A stretch of 45,634 bases of DNA from the sequence record DRR378314_15. One strand, given 5' to 3'. Below, piece by piece: positions 1 through 9,811 of this stretch. Position 1 is the stretch's first letter. Each line of letters begins with the position of its first letter. The notes below the pieces were generated by a model. It made no database searches and was not told the DNA's origin. It worked only from the letters and a program-made list of their open reading frames with translations. The translations under genes and the position numbers were made by a program.

Positions 1-580
1 GAATTTTAACCGATTCAGCAGATGCAGCACCGGCCGTTAAAGAGCCCGCAGCGCCAAAGAAAAGAATCCCTCCAACATAAGGGCCTACTGTTGTACCGAG
101 CGAATTTAATGCTTGAGCTAAGTTTAAGCGTGAAGAAGCTGTTTTTTCAGGGCCAAGCGCCGCAACATATGGGTTTGCCGAAACTTGTAATACGGTAATG
201 CCACCAGCAAGCACAAATAAAGCGGTTAAAAATAGCCAATACTCATGCACTACAACCGCAGGGTAAAACAATAAACACCCTATTGAAGCAACCACTAAAC
301 CCGATAAAACACCATTTTTATAGCCAAAGTTTTTAACTAGTAAGCCCGCAGGTAAAGAAACAATAAAATATGCACCAAAAAAACAAAACTGCACAAGCAT
401 TGCTTCGGTGTAAGATAAATCAAAAACGCCTTTCAAACGAGGAATTAACACATCATTTAAAACCGTTATAAACCCCCATAAAAAAAACAGGGTGGTCATT
501 GCCGTTAAAGCTGGCAGATAGTTTTTATTTTGCTGCTGCTCATTTGTTTCAAAATGTTGGTTTGTATTTATTTCACTCAC
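1..580 (-). CDS. Glucose/galactose (GluP/FucP/NagP-family) MFS sugar transporter, 5' part; runs off the left edge
   Basis: Not in the ORF track; my translation from GTG at 580 (GGAG upstream) gives ...[52 protein letters not shown]...[38 protein letters not shown], typical of FucP/GluP. Confidence 0.9.
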   Translation of the reverse strand, partial: MSEINTNQHFETNEQQQNKNYLPALTAMTTLFFLWGFITVLNDVLIPRLKGVFDLSYTEAMLVQFCFFGAYFIVSLPAGLLVKNFGYKNGVLSGLVVASIGCLLFYPAVVVHEYWLFLTALFVLAGGITVLQVSANPYVAALGPEKTASSRLNLAQALNSLGTTVGPYVGGILFFGAAGSLTAGAASAESVKI

Positions 581-652
581 GTGGTTTTCACTCCATTAAC
601 AAGTTGCTACTGATTTTACACATAGCATCAAGAAGATCACAAACTATTCTTA

Positions 653-662
653 GGAACGTTCC
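653..662. promoter_or_regulatory. Candidate LacI-family operator upstream of the sugar transporter
   Basis: Perfect palindrome GGAACGTTCC with central CG, ~70 nt upstream of the transporter start. Confidence 0.55.
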
Positions 663-927
663 AAATTAACTCCTAACTTTTGTTAGTCAAAGTCGTCAAT
701 TTTATAACGAGGTTATTTCTGTGCTTAGTAAGTTTATAGAGCTATTTTTGTATAGGTATTTCTCATTCATCATTTTTAACGACTATAGTTAAATTTCAAT
801 TACAAAAGTTAATAATCAGATGCATTTTAGGGTGCAAATTGTTTCAAACTATAAAATACACAGACTCAAACTTTTAGACATAAAACTTATTTTTTTACAT
901 AAATGAATCTGGCTTATTGGAGAGCGA

Positions 928-1611
928 ATGAACAACACAGTGTTGAGTATATCTATAATGCTTTTCGGCTTGTATTCATTAAATGGGTATTGTGAATCTT
1001 GGGAACTTAAATTAGACCATGCGACTGCTATGAATATAGCTCACAATGGCACAAGGCCAATACAAGAAAAAGGTATAGAATCAACTAGTACTCAAAATGA
1101 TTTGTTCAATTTAATTGCTTCATCAGCAAACAATCATTCATTGGCAGCGGTTAAAACTGAAACGCTTATCTCAGTGTCACTTGCTCCTTTGTTTAAATCT
1201 ATTTCTTCATCCAAATCATCTCCCTCTAACTGGGTAAACTCGATAGGTCTAAATCACTTTTATTCAAAACCACAGGTTGATTTGTATAATGAAATTAAAA
1301 TTCCTCGCCTTATTGGGCCGATTAATTATAAGGCAGAAGGTTTAAAATTATCTTATCAGATAAGCCAGCCTATTGGGTATAACTGGGAATTAACATCTTC
1401 AGGTAATATTGGCGGTTACGGGTTTAAAGAGTCGTTATCGGGTACTTTTAAGCTTGGAGTTACTTATAAATTGACGCCGCGGTGGGATGTCTCCGCACTT
1501 TATAAAAGTAGCTATTTGGAGTTTGATAGCCGTAATACTGTAGAAAACTACAATTATGAATACGAAGCACTCACCCATGGTCCTGTGATCAGTGCATCAT
1601 TTCAATTTTAG
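928..1611 (+). CDS. Hypothetical exported protein, probable outer-membrane beta-barrel (C-terminal half)
   Basis: Signal-peptide-like N-terminus, GGAG RBS, alternating beta-strand pattern in the C-terminal half (GNIGGYG...GPVISASFQF), terminal Phe. Confidence 0.6.
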   Translation: MNNTVLSISIMLFGLYSLNGYCESWELKLDHATAMNIAHNGTRPIQEKGIESTSTQNDLFNLIASSANNHSLAAVKTETLISVSLAPLFKSISSSKSSPSNWVNSIGLNHFYSKPQVDLYNEIKIPRLIGPINYKAEGLKLSYQISQPIGYNWELTSSGNIGGYGFKESLSGTFKLGVTYKLTPRWDVSALYKSSYLEFDSRNTVENYNYEYEALTHGPVISASFQF

Positions 1612-2126
1612 GTAAGTGGCTTTACCCAGCTCATTTTGTTGTTTGTGTCACGGCTTTGGATAATTGTATTATCTGAGCTTTCAACTCCACCTAACTTTGC
1701 AAGCCTATCGTATAACACAACATTGCACGTTGCGGCCAAATTCATGCATCCAATTGTTGGTACATACACCACTTCATCACACCACTTAAGAACATCTTTG
1801 CTAATTGACCCATCTTCTGGTCCAAAAACATAAAACGCATTGTCAGGGTGCGTAAACTCAGGCAGCGGCGTTGCTCCTTCTATTAGCTCGATGACAACTA
1901 CTTTAGCACCTGGAGGAATTGCACTTTTAAGATCATCAACGGGTGTCAGTGGAATACGCTCAACCACATTTTTTGTATCAGTGTGAAATTTTTGGGCATT
2001 TAAATAGCGTGTGCCAGTAAAAAAAACTTGTTTGGCGTCATAACAACCCGCGGCACGTAATACACCACCAACGTTAGTTGGGCTTTTAGGGTTAATTAAT
2101 CCTATTGTTGATACTAACTGAGTCAT
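1608..2126 (-). CDS. SpoU/TrmH-family RNA methyltransferase
   Basis: NPKSPTNVGGVLRAA, YVFGPEDG and CMNLAATCNVVLYD SPOUT motifs. Confidence 0.85.
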   Translation of the reverse strand: MTQLVSTIGLINPKSPTNVGGVLRAAGCYDAKQVFFTGTRYLNAQKFHTDTKNVVERIPLTPVDDLKSAIPPGAKVVVIELIEGATPLPEFTHPDNAFYVFGPEDGSISKDVLKWCDEVVYVPTIGCMNLAATCNVVLYDRLAKLGGVESSDNTIIQSRDTNNKMSWVKPLT

Positions 2127-2623
2127 TAGTCAAAGTCCTGTGTTGGCCATTGAGCAACATATAAATCAAAATCGTCCAACTCTACATCACAATCTTTAAC
2201 AGTCTTATCACGCACTGATATACCCAGTTCGTGCATCAATTCTTTGCTACCGTTATTGTTTAAAGGATGCCATGAAGCCAAACCTCGTCCTTCATGTAAA
2301 CGCCTATAACTACAGCTTTGCGGCATAAAGAAAATACTGTCGAGGTTTTCTTTGGTGAGTTTTACACATGACGGTACAAGTGTTTGGCGGTTTTCGTACT
2401 CACTGCAGCCACATGTATTGTTATCTAGGTATTGGCATACTATATTTGTAAATATAAGCTCTTCGCCTTCACGAAGTTGATCCGTAGCCGTGAACTCGTC
2501 TTCATCTTCACTGTCAATAAATGTATTCAAACAGCATTTACCACAACCATCACAAATGGCTTCCCATTCTGATGATGACATTTGCTCAAGTGATTTCTTA
2601 AGCCAAAATTGATTTTCTAACAT
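2126..2623 (-). CDS. ycgN: YcgN-family (UPF0260) cysteine-cluster protein
   Basis: [31 protein letters not shown]...VPSC, [9 protein letters not shown]; start moved to MLENQFW (2623) to fit the family N-terminus. Confidence 0.85.
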   Translation of the reverse strand: [165 protein letters not shown]

Positions 2624-2675
2624 GTTAAAACTCAGCGCCCCTAAGAGCGCGCAGTTTACCGTAAACAACGTCATC

Positions 2676-2698
2676 GCGCAAAGCCAGTAGCCTTGCGC
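2676..2698 (-). terminator. Stem-loop downstream of the DUF885 gene
   Basis: GCGCAAGGC-TACTG-GCTTTGCGC on the minus strand; no U-tract. Confidence 0.35.
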
Positions 2699-2708
2699 AT
2701 AATGTATA

Positions 2709-4532
2709 TTACTGTTGAGAAACCCACCGTTTTATTTTAGCTTCAAGAATAGGCATCGGCAGCGCACCATCAATTAAAATTTGAGTATGGAATGCCTTAA
2801 TATCAAATTTAGTGCCCAATTCATTCTTCGCGTAATCTCTAAGCTCTTGAATTTTAAATTGTCCTAACTTATATGACAATGCTTGACCAGGCCATGCAAT
2901 ATAACGCTCGACCTCTGCGACAATATCACTTTTGGCCATCGATGAATTAGCTAACATATAGTCAATACCTTGCTGGCGAGTCCAACCTTTAGCATGAAAA
3001 CCAGTATCAAGCACTAAACGCATTGCACGTAACTGCTCATCAGCTAAACGTCCATACCACATGTAGGGGTCTGTAAATAAGCCCATCTCCTTACCTAGGC
3101 TTTCAGCGTATAAAGCCCAACCTTCAGCAAAAACCGTATAGCCGCCAAATTTACGAAATAATGGAAGTCCTTCAATTTCTTGCTGTAATGCAATTTGAAA
3201 GTGATGACCAGGTGCCGCTTCATGAATTGATAGGGTTTCAAGTAGAAATTTAGGCTGCGCTTTTAAGTTAAATGTATTGATATAAAAAATGCCTGGACGT
3301 GATCCATCTGGCGCAGGCGACTGATAAGATGCTCCCGCCGCTGACTCGGCTCTAAAATCTTCAACCGCTTTTACAACGTAATCAGCCTTCGGTGCAACAT
3401 CAAATAACAAAGGAACTTGGGCATCTATTTTGACTTTAACGGCTTCATAAGCGGCAATTAACTCCTCAGGAGTGTCATAATAAAACTCATCTGAGGTACG
3501 TAAATGGGTAAAAAATGCGCTTAAGTCACCTTCAAATCCCACCGTCTGTTTAACCTTTTTCATCTCATTTAATATACGTGAAACTTCATCTAAACCTATT
3601 TGGTGGATTTCATCAGCATTTAATTCAAGCGTGGTGTGTTTTTTAATTTCATACTCATACCACGATTTACCATTTGGTAAGTCTGCATAGCCAATTGAAT
3701 TGCGGCTATTTGGGATATACTCATTGGTTAAAAAGTCGCTCATTTGTTGGTAGGCAGGTACCAAGGTTTGCAAAATCATCGTGTTATAGGCAGCACTTAT
3801 TTCAACTCGTTGTTGTTGAGTAAAGTCTTCTGGAAGGTTCTTTATTGGTCCCCAAAACAAAGAGTCGGTTGCTTTTGATACAATATGTGCTTGGAACTGT
3901 GGAAGTAATTTTTCAGCTAGCGGCTTAGGTAATACAACCCCTTGTTTAATCCCTTGTCGCATCATATTTTCAACACTTTGCAACCACGCAGTGTATGCGT
4001 GTGCTCGTTCTATAAACGCAATGTAATCTTCTGGTGTATTAAAGGGTTGTGCGCTTTTACCTGAGCCAAAGCCAGCAAATGTGTTATGTGCTCCACCCAT
4101 TTGGTTAATCGGCATTAAGTGCATAGGAAACTGAGCTCTTTGTAGCGCTAATGCCAAATCACGTTCAAGTATTTCATAGCTTAATAAGTCTTGCCCTTGT
4201 AGAGCTGACTTATCAATTTTACTCAATTTTTGTTGGTACAACTTATAAAAGTCACGTTGAGCATCGATATTACTTTGCGTCAATGGTGCGATAAATTGAT
4301 TATTGTACTCAGCACGCCCTATAAATGTGCCGCCAATGGGGTTAAACGCTAGCCCATCATCAAAATAGTGCGTCAATAACTGGGTTAATTTTTTGCTCTC
4401 ATTCATAACCTGCTCTGTGCTTGGAGGTGTTTCGTTATTAACACTGAGAGTATTTTCCTTATTTTGACCACTGCATGCACTCAGCGACAATACGATAGCA
4501 GTGCTTAGCACGGCTAATTTTACTTTTTTCAT
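2709..4532 (-). CDS. DUF885-family lipoprotein (putative metallopeptidase-like)
   Basis: Lipobox LSAC; HEAAPGHHFQ, FAEGWALYAE, RAMRLVLDTG, EVERYIAWPGQALSYKLG motifs. Confidence 0.9.
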   Translation of the reverse strand: MKKVKLAVLSTAIVLSLSACSGQNKENTLSVNNETPPSTEQVMNESKKLTQLLTHYFDDGLAFNPIGGTFIGRAEYNNQFIAPLTQSNIDAQRDFYKLYQQKLSKIDKSALQGQDLLSYEILERDLALALQRAQFPMHLMPINQMGGAHNTFAGFGSGKSAQPFNTPEDYIAFIERAHAYTAWLQSVENMMRQGIKQGVVLPKPLAEKLLPQFQAHIVSKATDSLFWGPIKNLPEDFTQQQRVEISAAYNTMILQTLVPAYQQMSDFLTNEYIPNSRNSIGYADLPNGKSWYEYEIKKHTTLELNADEIHQIGLDEVSRILNEMKKVKQTVGFEGDLSAFFTHLRTSDEFYYDTPEELIAAYEAVKVKIDAQVPLLFDVAPKADYVVKAVEDFRAESAAGASYQSPAPDGSRPGIFYINTFNLKAQPKFLLETLSIHEAAPGHHFQIALQQEIEGLPLFRKFGGYTVFAEGWALYAESLGKEMGLFTDPYMWYGRLADEQLRAMRLVLDTGFHAKGWTRQQGIDYMLANSSMAKSDIVAEVERYIAWPGQALSYKLGQFKIQELRDYAKNELGTKFDIKAFHTQILIDGALPMPILEAKIKRWVSQQ

Positions 4533-4676
4533 AATTTATTCCTTGAATGAGAGAGAGTTGATTATGCGGTTTGAGTACATTGCATGGCAAGCTTTGTGTT
4601 AGCTTTGACATTTTATTTACTTGTTTGGTGCGCATTGCTAAATTAAACGTACTAACAAGCGACAAAAACTAAAATA

Positions 4677-5948
4677 ATGAAAAATATAAAAGTAATCACA
4701 CTTAGCTTAAGTGCGTTTTTATTGTGTAGTCCGATGGCACAAGCTACTACTTATATAACTGCTAAAGCAATGGTAGACGTGCAAACAGGTCAGTTAAAAA
4801 ATCAACCTCTTTTAAGCATTGACGACGGCGTAATTACTCATGTTGAATATGCCAAACAGCCAAATTTAAAACCAGGCGATAATCATATCAAGCTTGATGA
4901 ATTAACGCTGCTTCCTGGCTTAATGGATATGCATGTGCACTTAACCAGCGACCCTACCGTACCGCGCAGCGAGCGAATTGGTCAGTCAATTCCACGCAAA
5001 GCAATTAAAGCGGCCTATTTTGCTAAAAAAACTCTGCATGCTGGTTTTACTTCAGTTAGAAATGTAGGCGCTGACGGTTACAGTGTTATTGCCGTTAGAG
5101 ATGGTATAAACGCAGGCGATATAATAGGACCACGAATATGGGCAGCAGGCCCCTCCTTAGGTGTTACTGGTGGCCACTGCGATAATAATCGGCTACCACC
5201 AGAACTAAAGTACACAGCAACAGGTGTTGCTGATGGCCCTTGGGCTGTTAGAGCAAAAGTACGCGAAAATATAAAATACGGTGCCAATGCTATAAAATTT
5301 TGCGCAACAGGCGGTGTTTTTTCTAAAGGCACAAAAGTGGGTATTCAACAATATAGCCAAGATGAAATGAATGCAATTGTTGATGAAGCCCATATGCGAG
5401 GTTTAACCGTTGCAGCACACGCACATGGAACCAGTGGCATTAAGGCCGCTATTGTAGCAGGAGTAGACAGTGTAGAGCACGTAAGTTACGTTGATGATGA
5501 AGCCATCGCCCTTGCTAAAAAACATGGTACGTGGTTTTCAATGGATATTTATAATACTGAGTATACCCTGACCTACGGTGAACAAAACGGTGTTGCAGAA
5601 GAAAACCTTGCCAAAGAGCGCTTAGTGTCTAAAAGACAACGCGACAGTTTTTCGCGAGCAGTTAAGGCGGGTGTAAACATGGTGTTTGGCACTGATGCAG
5701 CTATTTACCCGCATGGCGATAATGCAAAACAGTTTTCACGAATGGTAAAATTAGGCATGACTGAGTTACAGGCGATACAGTCTGCAACAATTAACAGTGC
5801 CAAATTATTAAAGGTTGAGCAATCTCTTGGTCAGATCAAGCCAAACTTTGCCGCCGATATAATCGCAGTGAAAGGAAACCCGCTAGATGATATTACTTAC
5901 TTAGAACACGTTGAGTTCATTATGAAAGGCGGCGAACACATTAAGTAA
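4677..5948 (+). CDS. Exported metal-dependent amidohydrolase (Xaa-Pro dipeptidase/carboxypeptidase-like)
   Basis: Signal peptide (AQA); PGLMDMHVH, GGHCD, IKFCATGGV, AAHAHG, SVEH, GTDA motifs. Confidence 0.85.
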   Translation: MKNIKVITLSLSAFLLCSPMAQATTYITAKAMVDVQTGQLKNQPLLSIDDGVITHVEYAKQPNLKPGDNHIKLDELTLLPGLMDMHVHLTSDPTVPRSERIGQSIPRKAIKAAYFAKKTLHAGFTSVRNVGADGYSVIAVRDGINAGDIIGPRIWAAGPSLGVTGGHCDNNRLPPELKYTATGVADGPWAVRAKVRENIKYGANAIKFCATGGVFSKGTKVGIQQYSQDEMNAIVDEAHMRGLTVAAHAHGTSGIKAAIVAGVDSVEHVSYVDDEAIALAKKHGTWFSMDIYNTEYTLTYGEQNGVAEENLAKERLVSKRQRDSFSRAVKAGVNMVFGTDAAIYPHGDNAKQFSRMVKLGMTELQAIQSATINSAKLLKVEQSLGQIKPNFAADIIAVKGNPLDDITYLEHVEFIMKGGEHIK

Positions 5949-5971
5949 ACCATAGTGCTATTTTCATTTAA

Positions 5972-5994
5972 ACGTGGGGCCCCTCACCCCACGT
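5972..5994. terminator. GC-rich hairpin after the amidohydrolase
   Basis: ACGTGGGG-CCCCTCA-CCCCACGT. Confidence 0.5.
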
Positions 5995-6106
5995 AATAAA
6001 CTATTCATCCCCTCTGCCCATCAAAAGTAAATACAAATAAAACATACCGTTATAAAAATGTAGATAGCCTATTTAATTTTAATAAAAGTTAATTTTTACT
6101 TGTAAT

Positions 6107-6125
6107 GAAAATGCAACCCATTATC
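6107..6125 (+). promoter_or_regulatory. Candidate Fur box
   Basis: GAAAATGCAACCCATTATC, 14/19 to GATAATGATAATCATTATC, ~30 nt upstream of a siderophore-type receptor. Confidence 0.6.
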
Positions 6126-6154
6126 ATTGCGAAAAACTTTAATGGCGACTATGT

Positions 6155-8566
6155 ATGACAACACATAAACTTTCTTTAATTACGCTCGCGTGCTTAACTT
6201 CATTCAATGCCTTATCAGCTCAAGAGTCTGAACTAGAACATATCACTATTTATCAAAAGCAAAACCATGTTGTGCTAAATTCCGGTTTAGCAACAAAATC
6301 TGATATGTCTCTGATGGAAACGCCTGCCCCAATTGTGGTGGTGGATCAAGAATTAATAAATTCACAAGGGGTTGATAACCTTCAAGACTTAGCGCGTAAT
6401 ATCAGCGGTGTTACCCAAGCAGGTAATAACTATGGTATTGGTGATAACTTGGTTATTCGTGGCTTAGGTGCAAATTACACGTATGACGGTATGTACGGCG
6501 GTGCAGGTTTAGGCAATACCTTTAACCCAACTCGCTCGCTTACCAATGTTGAGGCCGTTGAAGTTCTTAAAGGTCCAGCCACGGGTTTATATGGTATGGG
6601 CAGTGCCGGTGGTGTTATAAACCTTATTGAAAAAAAACCACAGTTTGAAGCAAAGCATTCAGTGCAAGCTGAGGTTGGTCAATGGAACACTTACTCACTT
6701 TCAGTTGATAGTACAGATGCAATTACAGATAACCTAGCCTACCGAGTAAACGCTAAAACAGCACGCAGTGACGGCTATCGTGATTTAAAAGACGATCGTG
6801 ATGAGATATATAGCTCACTAAAATATGTTTTCGATGACAAACAAGACATCATGCTCTCAGCGGCTTATATAAAAGATGCCATTGCTGTTGACTCTATCGG
6901 CCACCCTATCCGTATTTTTAATGCAGAGTCGGTTGGTGGCAAAACAGCAAGTCAGGTAACTGGCGATGATCTAGTAAATGACCAAACATTGGCTGGTTTA
7001 CAGTTAACCCAAGCACAACGCCAACAACTCGCTGATTCATTAGCCAGTTCAGATGGTTTAACGCCTTATACATTTGGCCACAACGGGATAATTTCCCCAA
7101 TGGCGAAGGATAATAAAGGTGAAGAACTGCGTTTTAAATTAACGCATAATTATTACCTTACGGATGATTTATTTTTAAACCAACAACTGCAATATCGTAA
7201 TTACGAATCTAGCTTTGCCCGTCAAACCGGCGCTTACAATTATGTGTATTGGAACCGCAGAGGTGTTATTAATGCAGACCCACGCGCCCCACTAGTTATT
7301 GATGATGTGCTCTATCCGTTTGCTGCACGTCGCCAAGAATATCGCCAAGTTGAAGCGGACGAAAAATCATGGCAGTACTTTGCTGATTTACGCTATGACT
7401 TTAGCCTAGGTGATATAGATAATGAGCTATTAGTTAATGCTAATTACGAAGACCGTGATGTCCGCTTCACACAATATTCTATTTGGGATAAAGACTATAT
7501 TCTCAAAGATAAAAACGGTGATACTACATACCAAGGATCGTTACCTTATATTTTTGACATTCGCACACCAAACTGGGGCGAAGGTCAATTTAGTGATTAC
7601 GACCCACTTAAAACCAGTAACTACAATAAGAAAGTTCAAGCATGGGGCATAGGTCTACAACATGTAGCCTATATTCATGACACATTTACCACCCGTGTCG
7701 GTTTTGCCTATAACGAAATTACACAAAAATATGAACACTTTGGTGTAGACGCCCGTTATCGTGCAAGCGCTGCAGCTGCAACACCAGAAGCCAGCACCTC
7801 CGATAATGGTTTAACCTATAACTTAGGCGCTACTTATAAACCAAGTGATGACATCTCACTGTTTATAAATCACTCAAAAGGCCGCACAGCTTACAGTGTT
7901 CTAGGTTCAGTAAAAGGAAATGAAGCTGACCGTGAAGACGCGCAGTCGCTCAGTACTGATTTAGGGATTAGGATGAAGGGCTTTGATGATCAATTACTCG
8001 CTTCATTAGTCGTGTTTGATACCGCACGTACTAACTTAGAATATGCAAATCCTGACTATGATGAAGCTACATCGCCTGCATCGGTACCACAAAGTTATTT
8101 TGATGGTGAAGAACAAACCCGTGGTGTGGAACTTGATTTAAATGCGTATTTAAACGAGCAATGGAAAGTCAATATTAACGGTGTTTATCAAGATGCCCGC
8201 GATAAGAAAAACCCTAACTCAAGCTCATTTGATACTCGTCAAAAAGGCGTTCCCTATGTCACAGCAAGCACATGGGTTACCTATAGCGCTCAATGGTTTG
8301 AACTAACAGAGCCATTAAAAATTAGTGCCGGTGTTAAATATGTTGATGACAGAAGCACTAACTCGTCATCATTCGGTATTCCAGATGGCTACGTAGCGAG
8401 TTACACCGTTTATGATGCTGCACTGAGTTACAACACCGAACAATGGGGCATACAGTTAAACCTAAATAACCTCTTTAATGAAGTATATTATTCAAAAGCG
8501 ATGTTTTTGGGTGGAATGCCTGGTGAAGAGCGAAATGCAAAATTAACGTTGAGTTATAAACTGTAA
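6155..8566 (+). CDS. TonB-dependent siderophore-type receptor
   Basis: Signal peptide, TonB-box-like EHITI, ATKSD-SLMETP, VEVLKGP-GLYG-GGVINL-KKP plug, LNLNNLFN-Y C-terminus. Confidence 0.9.
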   Translation: MTTHKLSLITLACLTSFNALSAQESELEHITIYQKQNHVVLNSGLATKSDMSLMETPAPIVVVDQELINSQGVDNLQDLARNISGVTQAGNNYGIGDNLVIRGLGANYTYDGMYGGAGLGNTFNPTRSLTNVEAVEVLKGPATGLYGMGSAGGVINLIEKKPQFEAKHSVQAEVGQWNTYSLSVDSTDAITDNLAYRVNAKTARSDGYRDLKDDRDEIYSSLKYVFDDKQDIMLSAAYIKDAIAVDSIGHPIRIFNAESVGGKTASQVTGDDLVNDQTLAGLQLTQAQRQQLADSLASSDGLTPYTFGHNGIISPMAKDNKGEELRFKLTHNYYLTDDLFLNQQLQYRNYESSFARQTGAYNYVYWNRRGVINADPRAPLVIDDVLYPFAARRQEYRQVEADEKSWQYFADLRYDFSLGDIDNELLVNANYEDRDVRFTQYSIWDKDYILKDKNGDTTYQGSLPYIFDIRTPNWGEGQFSDYDPLKTSNYNKKVQAWGIGLQHVAYIHDTFTTRVGFAYNEITQKYEHFGVDARYRASAAAATPEASTSDNGLTYNLGATYKPSDDISLFINHSKGRTAYSVLGSVKGNEADREDAQSLSTDLGIRMKGFDDQLLASLVVFDTARTNLEYANPDYDEATSPASVPQSYFDGEEQTRGVELDLNAYLNEQWKVNINGVYQDARDKKNPNSSSFDTRQKGVPYVTASTWVTYSAQWFELTEPLKISAGVKYVDDRSTNSSSFGIPDGYVASYTVYDAALSYNTEQWGIQLNLNNLFNEVYYSKAMFLGGMPGEERNAKLTLSYKL

Positions 8567-8577
8567 GTTATCAAAGT

Positions 8578-8600
8578 AGAGCGCACATCGTGTGCGCTCT
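8578..8600. terminator. Hairpin between convergent genes, probably bidirectional
   Basis: AGAGCGCACA-TCG-TGTGCGCTCT perfect 10-bp stem. Confidence 0.7.
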
Positions 8601-8610
8601 GAATTATTTT

Positions 8611-9621
8611 CTATATAGTAACTACAATTCGACCGTTAATATCGCCTTTTAACATGTCGTCAAAAATCTCGTTAATGTCATCGAGGCGTTTTTCTTTAAT
8701 AATGGCACGCACCTTACCTTGCGCTGCAAACTCTAAACATTCTTGTAAGTCTTTACGCGTGCCAACAATTGAACCCACGACTGAAACCCCATTTAAGACT
8801 GTATCAAATATTGGCAAAGGCATTTCCTCTGGTGGCAATCCAACTAAAACGCATTTACCACCGCGCCTTACACTTTTATACGCTTGCTCAAAACCTGGCT
8901 TTGAAACCGCCGTACACACTACGGCATGCGCGCCCCCTACTTTTTCAAAAATTGTTTCGCTTGGCACACACTCTTTAAAATCAAGGGTTATATCTGCGCC
9001 GAGCTTGGCAGCTAAAGCAAGCTTTTCACTCCCCGTATCAACTGCAATTACGTTAAACCCCATGGCCTTAGCGTACTGCACAGCTAAATGACCTAGGCCA
9101 CCTACACCTACAATAGCAACCCATTGTCCCGGTTTTGCCTCTGATACCTTTAATGCTTTATAAGTGGTCACACCCGCGCAAAACAATGGGGCTGCTTCAG
9201 CAAAGCCAACATTATCAGGTATTTTTACCACGTAATCGCCATGAGCTAGACAATATTCAGCATAGCCGCCATCAATTGAATAACCTGTATTGTGCTGCGA
9301 CAAACAAAGTGTTTCTTTTCCATCTAAACAAAATTCACAATGCCCACACGCACTGTAAAGCCACGGCACACCCACTCTATCACCCACTTTCAGATGATGT
9401 ATATTACTGCCTACCTCTTCAATCACCCCAACACCTTCATGGCCTGGAACCAAAGGCATTTTAGGTTTAACAGGCCAATCGCCATGGCATGCATGTAAGT
9501 CCGTATGGCAAACGCCACATGCTGCAATTTTTACCAGCACATCATTTATACCAACCGTTGGAATAGGTAAATCAGTAATTTCTAAGCGTCCTTTGAATTC
9601 AGTATTTATAGCAGCTTTCAT
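8611..9621 (-). CDS. adhP: Zn-dependent alcohol dehydrogenase, AdhP type
   Basis: [23 protein letters not shown]...C structural Zn site, [24 protein letters not shown]. Confidence 0.92.
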   Translation of the reverse strand: MKAAINTEFKGRLEITDLPIPTVGINDVLVKIAACGVCHTDLHACHGDWPVKPKMPLVPGHEGVGVIEEVGSNIHHLKVGDRVGVPWLYSACGHCEFCLDGKETLCLSQHNTGYSIDGGYAEYCLAHGDYVVKIPDNVGFAEAAPLFCAGVTTYKALKVSEAKPGQWVAIVGVGGLGHLAVQYAKAMGFNVIAVDTGSEKLALAAKLGADITLDFKECVPSETIFEKVGGAHAVVCTAVSKPGFEQAYKSVRRGGKCVLVGLPPEEMPLPIFDTVLNGVSVVGSIVGTRKDLQECLEFAAQGKVRAIIKEKRLDDINEIFDDMLKGDINGRIVVTI

Positions 9622-9659
9622 ATTTAATTCCTTGTGAGAGTTGTCATCGTTATGGGTAT

Positions 9660-9701
9660 AGCTTACGCCAATATAAAGGAATGTGATTTAATCTAAATCA
9701 A
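9660..9701 (-). promoter_or_regulatory. Candidate FNR/Anr class II promoter for adhP
   Basis: TTAAT-CTAA-ATCAA (9688-9701, one mismatch to TTGAT-N4-ATCAA); minus-strand -10 TAAGCT at 9665-9660 puts the site centre at about -41.5. Confidence 0.6.
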
Positions 9702-9781
9702 ACTTTGGTCGCACAAAAATTAGGCAGCTCATATTATCAATCACGGTAGTACTTGCTATACAGTTTAAGCGTGCTAGCATT

Positions 9782-9803
9782 AGTTTCATTGTTTATTGAA
9801 ACT
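9782..9803. promoter_or_regulatory. Palindromic operator directly upstream of the GbsR-family gene
   Basis: AGTTTCA-N8-TGAAACT just after a possible promoter TTGCTA-N16-TAGCAT (9753-9780). Confidence 0.55.
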
Positions 9804-9811
9804 TAAAAAAT

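Noticed and set aside
8654-9464. Three plus-strand ORFs (145, 69, 109 aa)
   Set aside because: All lie antisense within the well-supported adhP
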